A DNA stretch of 64,000 nucleotides from Zootoca vivipara (Eukaryota): the NCBI RefSeq assembly GCF_963506605.1, contig NC_083277.1:92380001-92444000 (forward strand). Direction: 5' to 3'. The notes below the pieces were generated by a model. It saw only the letters and a list, made by a program, of their open reading frames with translations. It did no database searches and was not told the DNA's origin. The first letter of the stretch is position 1; each line of letters opens with the position of its first letter. Shown here piece by piece: positions 1 through 11,700 of the stretch. The translations under genes and the position numbers were made by a program.

Positions 1-700
1 ACCAGTTTGGCTGCAGGAGTTGCTGGAAGGAGGTTTACAAGGCACCATCCAACCGCCTTAGGGACTTCACTCCAGATTTGTGTAGGGTTTGCTCTTTAGC
101 CTTCTCCCAAAGATAGTCCCTCAAGGCAGTGAGTACAGATTTTTCCTCGAGGTTTACTTTCAAAGCCTTTCTCTCGAATGAGCAAAGCAGTGGAGGTTGG
201 GGGTCAGAGTTTTCTTACTCCTAGATGGGCTGCCTTCCCAGGTTGATGAGCCCCATCTGCCTCTCACTTCCCCCCTACAGCGCATGCAGAAACCGCCTTC
301 TTGACCAATGGAACCACTCTTGGTCTTGTCTGCTCAACTCACCAGTGTCTGTCTTCACATGCAGGGGAAGTCCTTAACTCACCAATGGGTTTGAGAGCCA
401 TTGGCTACCCTCACGTGGTTTAGCCAACCAGTTGAAGCCATTTCTGGGGTGTCACATGCTGACAGCTTCTAGGAGCCACAGGTGAGAGCTGAGTTCAGGG
501 TGGTGACCAAGGTGGCCGAACTACCCCAGAAGGCACGCAACATGTCCCCCAGCAGGGGCCATAGCTGCCAAGTTTTCCCTTTTCTTGCGAGGGAGCCTAT
601 TCAGCATAATGTAAAATCCCTTAAAAAAGGGATAACTTGGCAGCTATGGCAGGGGCACTACCCCTCCCCTAACACCATATACACCCCGGAGGCTTTAATG
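1..700 (-). mobile_element. Degenerate LINE (probably RTE) 5'-region fragment
   Basis: Inverted similarity to 3770-4727 (e.g. catgcaggggaagtcc, ggctaccctcac, ggtttagcca, gacagcttctag). The family name is from recall and boundaries are approximate. Confidence 0.45.
560..648. mobile_element. hAT-type MITE (CATAGCTGCCAAGT TIR)
   Basis: TIR catagctgccaagtt / aacttggcagctatg with 8-bp TSD gcaggggc. Confidence 0.85.
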
Positions 701-1529
701 TTTCTGATTACCAGTTGTTTGAAACCACAGGAGGGGAGAGTGCTCTGTCTTGTGCTCAGATTGTACTTGCAGGTTTTCTACAGGCACCTGGCTGGCCCCT
801 GTGACAACAGAATGCTAACAGATGGGCCATTGGCCTGATCTTTTGGGATCTTACTGTGTTCTTAAGTGCACGACCTGAATTTCCCTATATGTGATTGACC
901 CCCACTGGAGACAGGGCAACAGTCTGGAAGCACCCTAAGTCCTTTGTCCTCATTCTCAACCCAGAGTTTCATTTCAGGGAAAGAAGAGTGATCTGTAAGG
1001 CGAGCAGCTTCCGCCCTTTCTGCTCCACCTATTTTTATTGGTTCACTTTCCAATAAAACTAAACTTGGGGGGGGGGTAAGATTAGGTAAAAGCCAACAAC
1101 TGAAGGCAGTGGCAAGGACCCATCTCCTTAATGGAAACTTGAAGATCTCTTCTGATGCTGCGGTTATTGAGACACAACTGCACATTTCATATGAATATTG
1201 AAAATGGATCCCTGGGGCTTTCTGGGTGGCAGATAATGGAGAAAAAGGAACATTGCCAAAATGCTGTACTGGATAGATGTCTGTGATGGGTTACTTAATC
1301 TTAATTGCTTCAAAGCAGTGGCCTCAATTTGAAGGAATCAGAGAAGTTCCTTTGTATGGTTACATCCTGTTCAATTGCATGGAATTTGCAAGCTGCTTCT
1401 TTGCCTTTTCCAGTGGTATTCTCATACCCTACTCACCAGACGCACCAACTGCAGGGGGCTGAGGGGTCTTTGGCCTCCTCAGTATCTGGGGGCAAGGGGC
1501 CAGGCCCCTGAATGTTGAGTGGGTGGAAG

Positions 1530-1729
1530 CAGTGGCGGAACTTCGTGCTCCGGCACCAGGGGCGGAGAGCAGGCGGGGGCGTGGCACGTTGCCCTCAGGG
1601 GCATGGCGCGCATCCCAGGGGCATGGCACGCATCCCGGGGGCATGACGCCCAGCACGTGGGGGCAGCCATGATGCCACCCCACCGGGATCCTGGTGCCGG
1701 GAGCGGTACCCCCTCTTCCTCTGCCAGTG
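1530..1729. mobile_element. GC-rich hAT-type MITE with internal ~21-bp tandem repeats
   Basis: Starts CAGTGGCGGA and ends in an imperfect TIR; 8-bp TSD ggtggaag at 1522-1529 and 1730-1737. Confidence 0.7.
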
Positions 1730-3406
1730 GGTGGAAGAGACCAAGTGTGGAGTTGGGCTCCGCACTCGGCTTTCTGCCAATGGTTGGCCTTCTCGCCCAT
1801 TGGCCTCCTCCAGTTGCCTGTATTATGAAGATCCAAGGGGTGCCGAGTTTGTCAGCAGGGTTGTGCTGAAGGACTGAATCTTCCGCACTCTGGCATGACC
1901 CTCTGAGGTGCCCGGTGCGCTAGTGCTGTGGTATGGTGTCGCATGTATGTGATATCATAAGCATGTTACATCATGTTACGTGTAGCGGGTCTGGGGCTCT
2001 GGTGTTTACTGGGTTTCCAGTGCTGTGTTTTTCATCTGTGTTCTCATGACATTATAACAGTTAACGATCTTATAGGTTGTTTCGGGGATGGGGAGAGGAA
2101 CCTCCGAGAAATTAACAAATGTCAGAATCTAGCTTATATTTGGGGCAGGCAGGGAGTGAAAATGCTAGTTGTGGGACTGTGTCGGGCTAGTTAAGTGCAG
2201 AGGCCTTGGGAAACAAAACCAGACCATTGGCAATGCAAAAGCACTTGTCCTTCCCCCCAGCTCTGTGTAGTGGACAGAGACAGGAGAATGGGCAGGCTGC
2301 TAAGGTGATGGGATGTGTGTGAGGTGACAGGAAGAGAGTGTTGTTTCACAAGGAGCAGAGGGGAACAAAGGCGGATCCATCTTGGCTGCTGACTGGACAG
2401 GCTGCATCCCAGAGACTGGGGAATATATGCTTGCCTGTTCTGAACTCAAGCCGGCTGAAGCTATGAGAGAAGCGAGGACAGGCACTCTGGAGATAGAATG
2501 CTGTGAAGGATCCTCCTCTCCATGTGTCTTGTACATTTTTGAAATGTACATATAATAAACACAGCAGCCAAAGGAAGAGAATAAATTCAGGAGGGGGGCG
2601 TTCTGGTGGACTGAGTTTCAGAAAGCCTTGCAGCAGTTAAAGTGGCTTAAAACACACTTTGTTGCTTGAGGACAACAAATCCACTTAAAAAACAACAAAT
2701 ACTTTCTGCGTTTAAGAAAGCGACAGGGAAATATGCTGAAAAGTGTTGATGAACGAATGGTTTTAAGAGGGAAACATACAACAATCAAGCAAGAAAGCGT
2801 GAATGCTCCTTGCCATATGACCTCCCTGCAAATCAATCAGAATAAACGCTCAGCAAAGACTGGGCATAGTCTAATCTCTCCTTAAGGTTTGTGCAAGCAA
2901 CTCAGGATAAATGACATTTATTAAACAAGCCATCTGGAGGGGTCTTCAGTCCTACTTTGTTGTTTTTGCTGCAGCAGTCTAACACAGCAAACAAACAAGA
3001 AATATGAACCACAGCAGCAGCACCAAAACTGCCTGAAGTACAGTTAGCCTGCAATTTACGGACATTTAATGTGTGCATTCAGCTTTATGTATGCTGCAAA
3101 ATAAGTAAATTAATTTAAAAGGGGTGGAAGGTGGGTGGGCATCTTGGAAAAAAAGACTTTGGCAATCTCACCCACGATTTGGGCAACCTCTGGAACGTAA
3201 CCCTCGTTCTGTTACTCACGCTCAGCCCAAGAATCCTTTGGTTTAGCTAGCAATCTTGACTGCTGATTACTGCATTCAGCCACAAGCAGCAGATAATGTG
3301 TGAGAGATTCAGTGCTTTATGGCCTGAGGTGAATAGGACTGAGTTCTGGGTAAATATAACTATACCGAGTAATTTTTAAAATGCAGAGCTCTTGTTAAAA
3401 GGAGAT

Positions 3407-3407
<1 letters not shown>

Positions 3408-3462
<55 letters not shown>

Positions 3463-3769
3463 TTTATTATTTATACCCCGCCCATCTGGCTGGGTTTCCC
3501 CAGCCACTCTGGGCGGCTTCCAACAGAAAAATAAAACACAATAATCTATTAAACATTAAAAGCCTCCCTGAGCCTTCAGATGTCTTCTAAAAGTCTGGTA
3601 GTTGTTTTCCTCTTTGACATCTATTGGGAGGGCGTTCCACAGGGCAGGCGCCACCACCGGGAAGGCCCTCCGCCTAGTTCCCTGCAACTTGGCTTCTCGC
3701 AACGAGGGAACCGCCAGAAGGCCCTCGGTGCTGGACCTCAGTGTCCGGGCAGAATGATGGAGGTGTGGA
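3408..3769 (-). mobile_element. L2-type LINE 3' fragment with an (AAT)n microsatellite tail
   Basis: Shares the ataccccgcccatctggctgggtttccccagccactctgggcggc terminus with 28012-28452 and 44738-45017; (AAT)n at about 3408-3456. Confidence 0.7.
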
Positions 3770-4727
3770 TGTAGATGATGCTCGGGGTGTATGGGGTGCT
3801 AGGGGAGGGGGAGTACCTCTGGTGGGGGGGGGACACATTGTTCTTGTTCTGGGGTAGTTTGCCCACCTTTGGTCTCCACGCAGCTCTCACTTGCAGCTTC
3901 TAGAAGCTGTCAGAATGTAACAGCAGGTACATCCTGGGAATGGCTTCGACTGGCTGGCTAAACCGGGTGAGGGTAGCCGTAGGGGTGGAGCAAGGTCAGG
4001 GCGGTGGGGGCGTCATCCCCGAGGGGGGGTGACATCACAATGGGCGGTGCCCCCCCGGGACGCCCCCCGCCACTGGATGCACCCCACCGCCCCTAGTTCT
4101 GCCTCTGCCCGTCTCTATGTGTGTCGCGCGGCACAGCACACCCCGCCCCTATGGGGACTGCACTGCGCCCCATGCCCCGTCCCATGGGCAGTTCGCCCCA
4201 TCCCCACTGGGTAGCCGATGGGTCTCAAACCCTCGTTGAATTAGGGACTTCCCCTGCATGTGAAGACAGGCTCTGGCCAATTGAGCAGGCAAGACTGATA
4301 GTGGTTCCAGTGGTCAAAGAAGGTGATTTCTGCTCGTGCTGCAGAGGGAAGTGAGGGGCAAGTGGGGCTCATGAACCTGGGAAAGGGGCCCATCCAGGAG
4401 AAGGAAGACTCTGTTCCTAAACCTCTGCTGCCTGGTAGGATATATTTGGGAGAAGAAAAGGCTAAGGGATGAACCCTACACGAATTGGGAGTGGATGGAG
4501 CCTTGTACGCCTCCTTCAGACAACTAACTCCTGCTGCCAAGCTGGTGCCAAATGTATTGCTCCACTTTCCTTTGGACCACATCAGTGAAGCTGAGAGAGG
4601 GGTCTTGTCGTCTGGGCAGCCCAGGACCCCCATACACACTCCCCAGGCTTGTGCACCAAGGGAGGTCGCTTTGGTGCTGCTAACACAGTGATTTGACTTC
4701 ACCCCTGAGGGAAACTCCATTGTCTCT
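3770..4727 (+). mobile_element. Degenerate LINE (probably RTE) 5'-region fragment, interrupted by a MITE
   Basis: Same family as 1-700 in the opposite orientation; split by the 3980-4209 insertion. Confidence 0.45.
3980..4209. mobile_element. GC-rich hAT-type MITE
   Basis: 8-bp TSD ggtagccg at 3972-3979 and 4210-4217; imperfect terminal inverted ends. Confidence 0.65.
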
Positions 4728-5717
4728 CGAGACAGATGAATGCCGACAGCAACAAGATGATGCTCATGAGACTTCCCAGCTCCCAGCTACATTTCAACAA
4801 AAATGCTGGACTAGATGGGCCTTTGGCCTGATTCACCAGGGATCTTCTTACTGGCAAGATGAAGCGACAACATCGTCAATTCACTTCTTTATTATGCATC
4901 ACTCATTTCATGCAGTCATAAGATTTTTGGCAGCAGTGCACAGAAAGTGAAGCGAACTAGGCTCCCGATTTCTTATTTGGCCAAGTTAAATTGCTCATGC
5001 CCAAACTGATATTGCTCTTTAAACTCATATTGCTGATCATAGCTAGATGTATAAATTAGACTAATTTCACACATTACCATAATGCTTACCGTACTTTTGT
5101 TTACCTGGAGTTGTCAAATACAATAGAGCACAGGGGGCTTCTGAGCCTTTATAGTTGCACAGAAGGAAGGATCAGGCAAGGAGAAGGTATCCCTGCCGAA
5201 ATTTAGCCCTTCTACGCCAATTGTTCTTTTCCTGGATTACCTGGTGGCAGCACTAGGCAACTGGCTCAAGGTGTTGCCATTTCAAGTTCCCACAATGCCT
5301 CTGATGCTCTGGAGCATTGTAGGCAAAATTTTCCTGGACAAAGACACCTTTTTCAAGCTGATGAACCCTCTTGAAGCCCTGGCAACTGCCCAAGGATGAC
5401 ATGCATTGATGCCAGGCCAGAAAACATGCCACTCAGTGAAGACTTGGAAAACCAGTACTTCAGAACAATTGGTTTTGCAAGGCTCAGTTAAGTGGCAAAT
5501 TTTGTGCTGTTTTCACATATTTCCAAGAATAATTTGCTTTGACATTAGTAATTTAATATCCAACAGCATTAGACATTCTGCCCCACGGCATTTCCTGACC
5601 TTATACAACTTAACTGGTGGTAATGTAGTGCAATCGTATCACGTGCATCGATTATGTGATCTAGTCTACAAAAATGCCATGCTCCTTGTTCCACCACAAA
5701 GGCCAGTAATCTATAAT

Positions 5718-8700
5718 TCAGCGTGTCCACTGTATGATAATAACAGCTAAAAAGATGACAGATAAAATCAGGCGGGTGTAATAAAGCCCTTTCTCCATAA
5801 GGACCATTGTTTTATCCCACGCGACTGATTCAGGGTCACCCTGGTGTTCTTCTAGAGAGAGATGTTTCTTGATCTGTTGCAGTTCCATATTCAGATGTTT
5901 CAGAAACACCAAGTTGTCATCTTCACTGTCTTTTGCTGGCAAGGGAAATCCATCTGCCGGCTGGTTCTCTTTGGGCCTCCTGTCTCCTGTACAGATGAAA
6001 ATGGGGATATATGTTAATCTGTTAAGAAGGATATGTTTGGGAACAGACATTGTTTGAGAATAAAGAAATGTAGAGTTAAAGAACTGCTTATTTGATTCTA
6101 AATTCTGGTGTATGGTCCACTTGAATGTGTGTCGGATGCATTGCATCTGTTATAACGCAACGTGAAGCAAGATACCTCCACCTTCATTAAAACCAATGCC
6201 AGTTATTTGATTCCAGGCAGGGCCTGGGTTTTCCTTGCAAGACTCAAAGTGCTGGAGAAGACCCTGCGAGTCAAGAAGGCTCTTGCGGTGCAATTCTATG
6301 CATCCCTACTGAGAGCTAAGTTCCACCATCAAGTTTAGTTGAATGTTCTCCCAGAGAAGTGTTTCAGCCTTAAGGTATGCAGGTTAAGTGCCTCTAACAG
6401 AGGCAATATTAATATTTTCCTGTACGTAATGAATGAAAAAAGAGCTTGTACCTGATTTATGCTTATTTCCACTTTCTCTATTGCGTGAAAGTGCATGGAA
6501 GGGATCAGACATGACACATTTGAGGCTAAACAGAATGAGTGAAACTTGTGAAATTGCCCAGACCTTAGATTAATATGGATTGCTTCCTTCCACACTTACT
6601 TATTTGAGCTATCAAGTACATTTCACACATTACTCAGAAAAGCATACAAGCTTATTCCAACTGTACATTCTGGAGGGAGCTTATTTTTTTCCCTTTTTAA
6701 GAGTGTATATAAAGGGAGATGTAACCCAATTTTGATCGTATGTATAGTTTGCCAATTCTGATCAGGCCCTTAGCTGGGCCCCACAAATTCCAATTCCTAA
6801 GATGCATTCTCTCTGTTTGAAGATCCATTAGTGCCTTCTTGCCAAAGTGTAATGTAAACTTTATACAGGATGATAGGATGCCCTGCTAGCTATCAAGGCC
6901 GGATGGCTGGCCTTGTCTGACGCTACCAGTCTGACGCACAGACCATGCAAGATAGACAGGAACTCAAGCCCCCATACTCAAGGCTGCTTGAGGCTGCTAC
7001 CAGGGTACATTGACAACGTGTATGATAAGGTGCAGGACAGGAATCTTCCTGTATATGTAACCCTTGACCCCTTTACTTGCACACACTTACAGAGTGGATT
7101 CATGGGGAGGGGGTAGAGGAGCCCAAAAAGGGGATAAATGCCCCATGCAAACTGTCTTTCTTTGCTCTTGTCATAAAGCATCACCAAGTGCCTTTCTCTA
7201 TAGAGAAAATAAAACTCTTTCTCTGAGCTCAACCCCTCGGTGTCGGTTTTTGACTGTCTTATAGTAATGGGTGATGGTGCTTGATATCTGCACCCTTCCC
7301 CTGCTTTATAGGTGCCCCACCTCCTTATGGTAAATTGTTTACATTTCGGAAAACGCTTACCTAAATGGGTCGCCGGGCTCTCGCGTTCCTCTTTCTTCCT
7401 GCCCAGGATTCTATTCATGAGTTTATTCCCCTTGAAGGATGGCAACTTTGGTCTCTTCTCTTTGAGATAGAGTACAAAAGCGTTCTCCAAGATACCAAGG
7501 ACCAGAAATACAAACATCCCAGTGNNNNNNNNNNNNNNNNNNNNNNNNNNNNNNNNNNNNNNNNNNNNNNNNNNNNNNNNNNNNNNNNNNNNNNNNNNNN
7601 NNNNNNNNNNNNNNNNNNNNNNNNNNNNNNNNNNNNNNNNNNNNNNNNNNNNNNNNNNNNNNNNNNNNNNNNNNNNNNNNNNNNNNNNNNNNNNNNNNNN
7701 NNNNNNNNNNNNNNNNNNAGCTCTCTCAGCCCTCAGAGGGCTTTCCTTTAATGTGGAATGGGGAACCCAAGGACTCTTCCAGTGCTTGGAACTCTCAATG
7801 AGTCTTACCAATAGGCTTGCCCTTTGCTCCCTTTGAGTGTTTGCTTGGCTAGAACAGGCATCCCCAAACTTTGGCCCTCCAGATGTTTTGGACTGCAATT
7901 CCCATCTTCCCCGACCACTGGTCCTGTTAGCTAGGGATCATGGGAGTTGTAGGCCAAAACATCTGGAGGGCCGCAGTTTGGGGATGCCTGGGCTAGAATG
8001 TGTCCTTGAAATCAGAAGTGGCCTAGTGTGGTGGAGCCTGCCTCTTTCGCTTTCCAATAGTGACTTACCACTTACTGTCAGGGGGGGAGAGGAGGCAACA
8101 GAGAGGGGCAATGTGGGGTGAGTGCATCAGCAGAGCCTGTCTGGCACTCCTGCTAGTGTACTTGCACTTTGTCAAGCTCCTTCCCTTCCCAACCCCTTCT
8201 CTCTCTCCTAGTAAGCAGCAAGGTCTGGAGGGCAGCAACATGAGAAAACAGGCCTTTTCTGCAGTGGCTCCGTTTGTGGAATGCTCTCCCCAGGGAGGTT
8301 CACCTGGCACCTTCATTATACACCTTTAAGCACAAGTTGAACATTCCTCTCCAACCAGGCCTTTGGCTGATTGACATCTAATGCCCTTTTAAAATTCAGC
8401 TAGGTAGCCGTGTTGGTCTAAAGTGAAAACTATGGAGAGAACTGGTCTGAAGAGAGATATTGGATTCTTGTCTCATTACATATGCTATAACTATTTTTGG
8501 TCATCTGCATTCTATCCCTTGCTTTTTCCTGTAGGACTAATTGCAGTCATTAACAGTCATCAACAGGTTTACCATACCCATTGAGTCAATCACCCATCTC
8601 CTACTACCCTTCTGAGAAAAATCCCACCCCACCCTCCCACTATATATTAGGGTCTGTTGACTTCTGTTTCAGTGTATCTGAAGAAGTGTGCATGCACACG

Positions 8701-11700
8701 AAAGCTCATACCAATGACAAACTTAGTTAGTCTCTAAGGTGCGGGTGGGACGTGAACGTGGTGTTGTGCCAATATTTGAAGTGCTTCGACCATATTAAAG
8801 TGCTAAACAAATTGCTAAGGGGGTATTGTTATTCTATTTTTGTACCATGCAAGATAATGATGATTCACAAAATGTACCTCCAACTAAAAGTTAGTTACTG
8901 ACCCAGGGGCCTGCTCACTAACTAAATCACAATGGAAATTAGTCCAATGAAAGCAACCAAAACTATTTGACAGCCCCTAAGTGTTCAAAGGCTGCCGGCG
9001 CTGAAATAAGCCATGCAATAAAATGTGGTTTACCTATGACTGGTGGATGATCTGATGTTGCGGGTAGCATATCATTAAGAATCATCGACAAAAATGAGAT
9101 TTGAAGGATCAGTGTCATTTTGAAGGCAATCTTTTCTCCAGGAGAGGCAGATGCAAAAGAAATAGCCATATCCAGCAAGAAGAGAGTTAAAGTTGGGAGG
9201 ATCAGAACCATCACATACAAAATGGAGCGCCTCTTCATAGAAATCTGTCCCAAAAAAGGGGGAAATGAATACATAAATAAAAATGAAGATTACAGCAGAG
9301 AAATCGGGTCCTCCCTGCAAGAGAGGGCACACGTTGCGGTGGGCCCGACAATCAGGTCTAGGTGTTGGGGCGGGGACAATTGGAGCAGCCACAACACCCT
9401 ATTGGTGGTCCATCTGACAGGGCGCAATTGGGCTAAGGGCATGCCAATCAAAGAGTCAGATGGACCACTATTTAAGCGCTGCATGTGTCCGTAGAGAGCC
9501 TCCTTCTCCAGCATAGTGTATTGGAACACCCACCCACCACTCCCTAATTTTAGGGCTTCTGCTTGACCTTGCTATGCCGTCGTGTGTCGTCTGCTATTGC
9601 AGGGGCACGGCAGGAATTTTCCCCACTTGGCTGATTGGTTGTTGCCATTTGGGTTTCGCCTGCCGCGTAGCAATTCGTCACAACTTGTAAGGTTGGCGGA
9701 TAGGCTCTGGTTCATGCTGATAGGGGTGGAATGATCCCTTACCACCCTATCCACTGGTATTCCTCTTAAAGGAATCCATTGGACTTCTGGTTGGTATTCC
9801 CCCAAGTGGGGCTGTGCCCTTTCCAGAGTTCTGGGCACACATGGGAGAATCAGAGCCTGGCGGTCGTCACGTTCCCCGTCCAAGGTGTGAACCTGGCTGC
9901 TGACCCATGGTGCGCCCTGAGTCAGCGCTCCCCTAGGTAGCTTTGGGAACCAGAGCCTATGCTACCACGCACTTGATTTGTAATCAATAAAGTTGTGGCC
10001 TAAATTCTGCCAAAAACCAAACCAAAAATATCATAGCTGCCAAGTTCCGGCCTGAGAAATAAGGGACTGGACCGGAAGTAGCAGACTGAAAGTAGCGCTG
10101 CCGCCATTTTGGAACTGAGCGGAGCATGCTCAGAAGCTACTTTTGATGCTGCTCTGCCCTGTTCCAAAATGGCCGCCGCACCAGAAGTCGCGCCATTTTG
10201 GAACTGGGCAAAGCAGCATCAAAAGTCACTTCTGAGCATGCTCCGCCCAGTTCCAAAATGGCCGCCGCGCCAGAATAAACCGGGGGGAAACAAAAAAATC
10301 CGTTTTTTTTGCTGGGAACAGCTGGGAAAAAGGGGGTTTCCCAGGGAATACGGGAGACTTGGCAGCTATGAAAAATATGAGTCATGTCTGAATTTATTTC
10401 TAGGCCTAGGTTAAAGGGCTCCACACGCAATGGAACTCTCTTTTCAGTCTCATTAGTAGCATACATTCATTCATCCATAGTCCTTATTCTTAGCAACCCA
10501 TTGGTGGGTGGGACCACCACCTCCCCTCTTCCAAAAATGTTTCAGGAGGAAAAATGGGATATAAATGTAATATTAATAACAATAACAATTGTAGGAAACA
10601 ATGGAGCCCCTGGCAGGACCTGGAGTGGGATCCAACAAGCTGCCGCAGAGACCCTGAAATGGGTCCCTGTACCACTGAGGTATTTACCATTGAAGGAAAA
10701 CAAAGGTTTCTCTGTCTGGAATGGCCTGGCAGGCAAAATTTCAATAATCAGAACTTGATGGCACCAGGGCTGTGGAATGCCTTCCTCCTTGCTGAAATAT
10801 AAGAGACCTCCATCAGGGTTGGCATTCCACCGGCTCCTGTAGACATACCTATTTAGGCAAGCATTCCTCCCAAATGAACTTCTGATTTATTGTTTTCCCT
10901 TTTGGTTTAACTGTGTTTTGTTTTTAATCGAAGTGTCCATTATCAACATATTTCAAAGAACACTTGATTATTATTTTTAAGAAATGAAAACAAGCCAATA
11001 ACATACTACCCCTTTAAAATTTACCTAAAATCTAAGCAGCAGTTCTGAAAATAAGTGTGGTTTAAAACCCATAAGCATGAAAAACAAACACTAGCTACAT
11101 CTTTTTGTGTTCCCATGTTTTCTAAATGTATTAGAAACCAAATACCTCATAAGTGACAGTACTGAAGTTAATTATGTCATATTCCATGGTGTGCTCTATG
11201 ATCCTCAGTCCCTCAAACTTCCATTCCCCACTGGTCAAGTAATATTCGCGACTATCTTGGTTCGCCTTCCTGGAAGTTTTGGTGCTCATTATTTTCATTT
11301 CCTTATCTAGAGGCAGTAGAAGAGAAATGATACGGAAGGTTGTTACTTCAGTATAGAAAAACAGTCACATCCATATTAGGTCTTCCATTTGAGGTTGTGC
11401 CAAAACTGTTCCATCTTGTCCCACAGTTTGTTCAGTGTGTGAATTAAGCCCCGGTGTTTCATCACACCAAAAATGGTAGTGATGTATCAGTAGCACACAC
11501 ATGGTCAGCCTCCAATGGGAGCAACTCTGAATTAAATTTGAGAGGTGGCTTTGACCATTGGCAAGGGGAGCAAACATGCAGGGAAGAGTGATAATGGGGA
11601 GAGAGTGAAGAAAGATGCAGAAAACAGGGAATGTAAGGCACATTCAGAAAGACACAAGCTGAGTGTATAGTGGAGACCTCCTGATGAAGGGTGGGTAAGA

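Noticed and set aside
1429-1869. GC-rich overlapping ORFs
   Set aside because: Generated by a GC-rich MITE with tandem repeats; no splice or domain support.
1-5200. A third receptor copy
   Set aside because: No exon resembling the A or B exons was found here; further copies outside the window cannot be excluded.
6978-7898. 306-aa ORF and overlapping X-containing ORFs
   Set aside because: Artefact of reading through the N gap; only 7361-7524 is real coding sequence (exon 8 of copy A).
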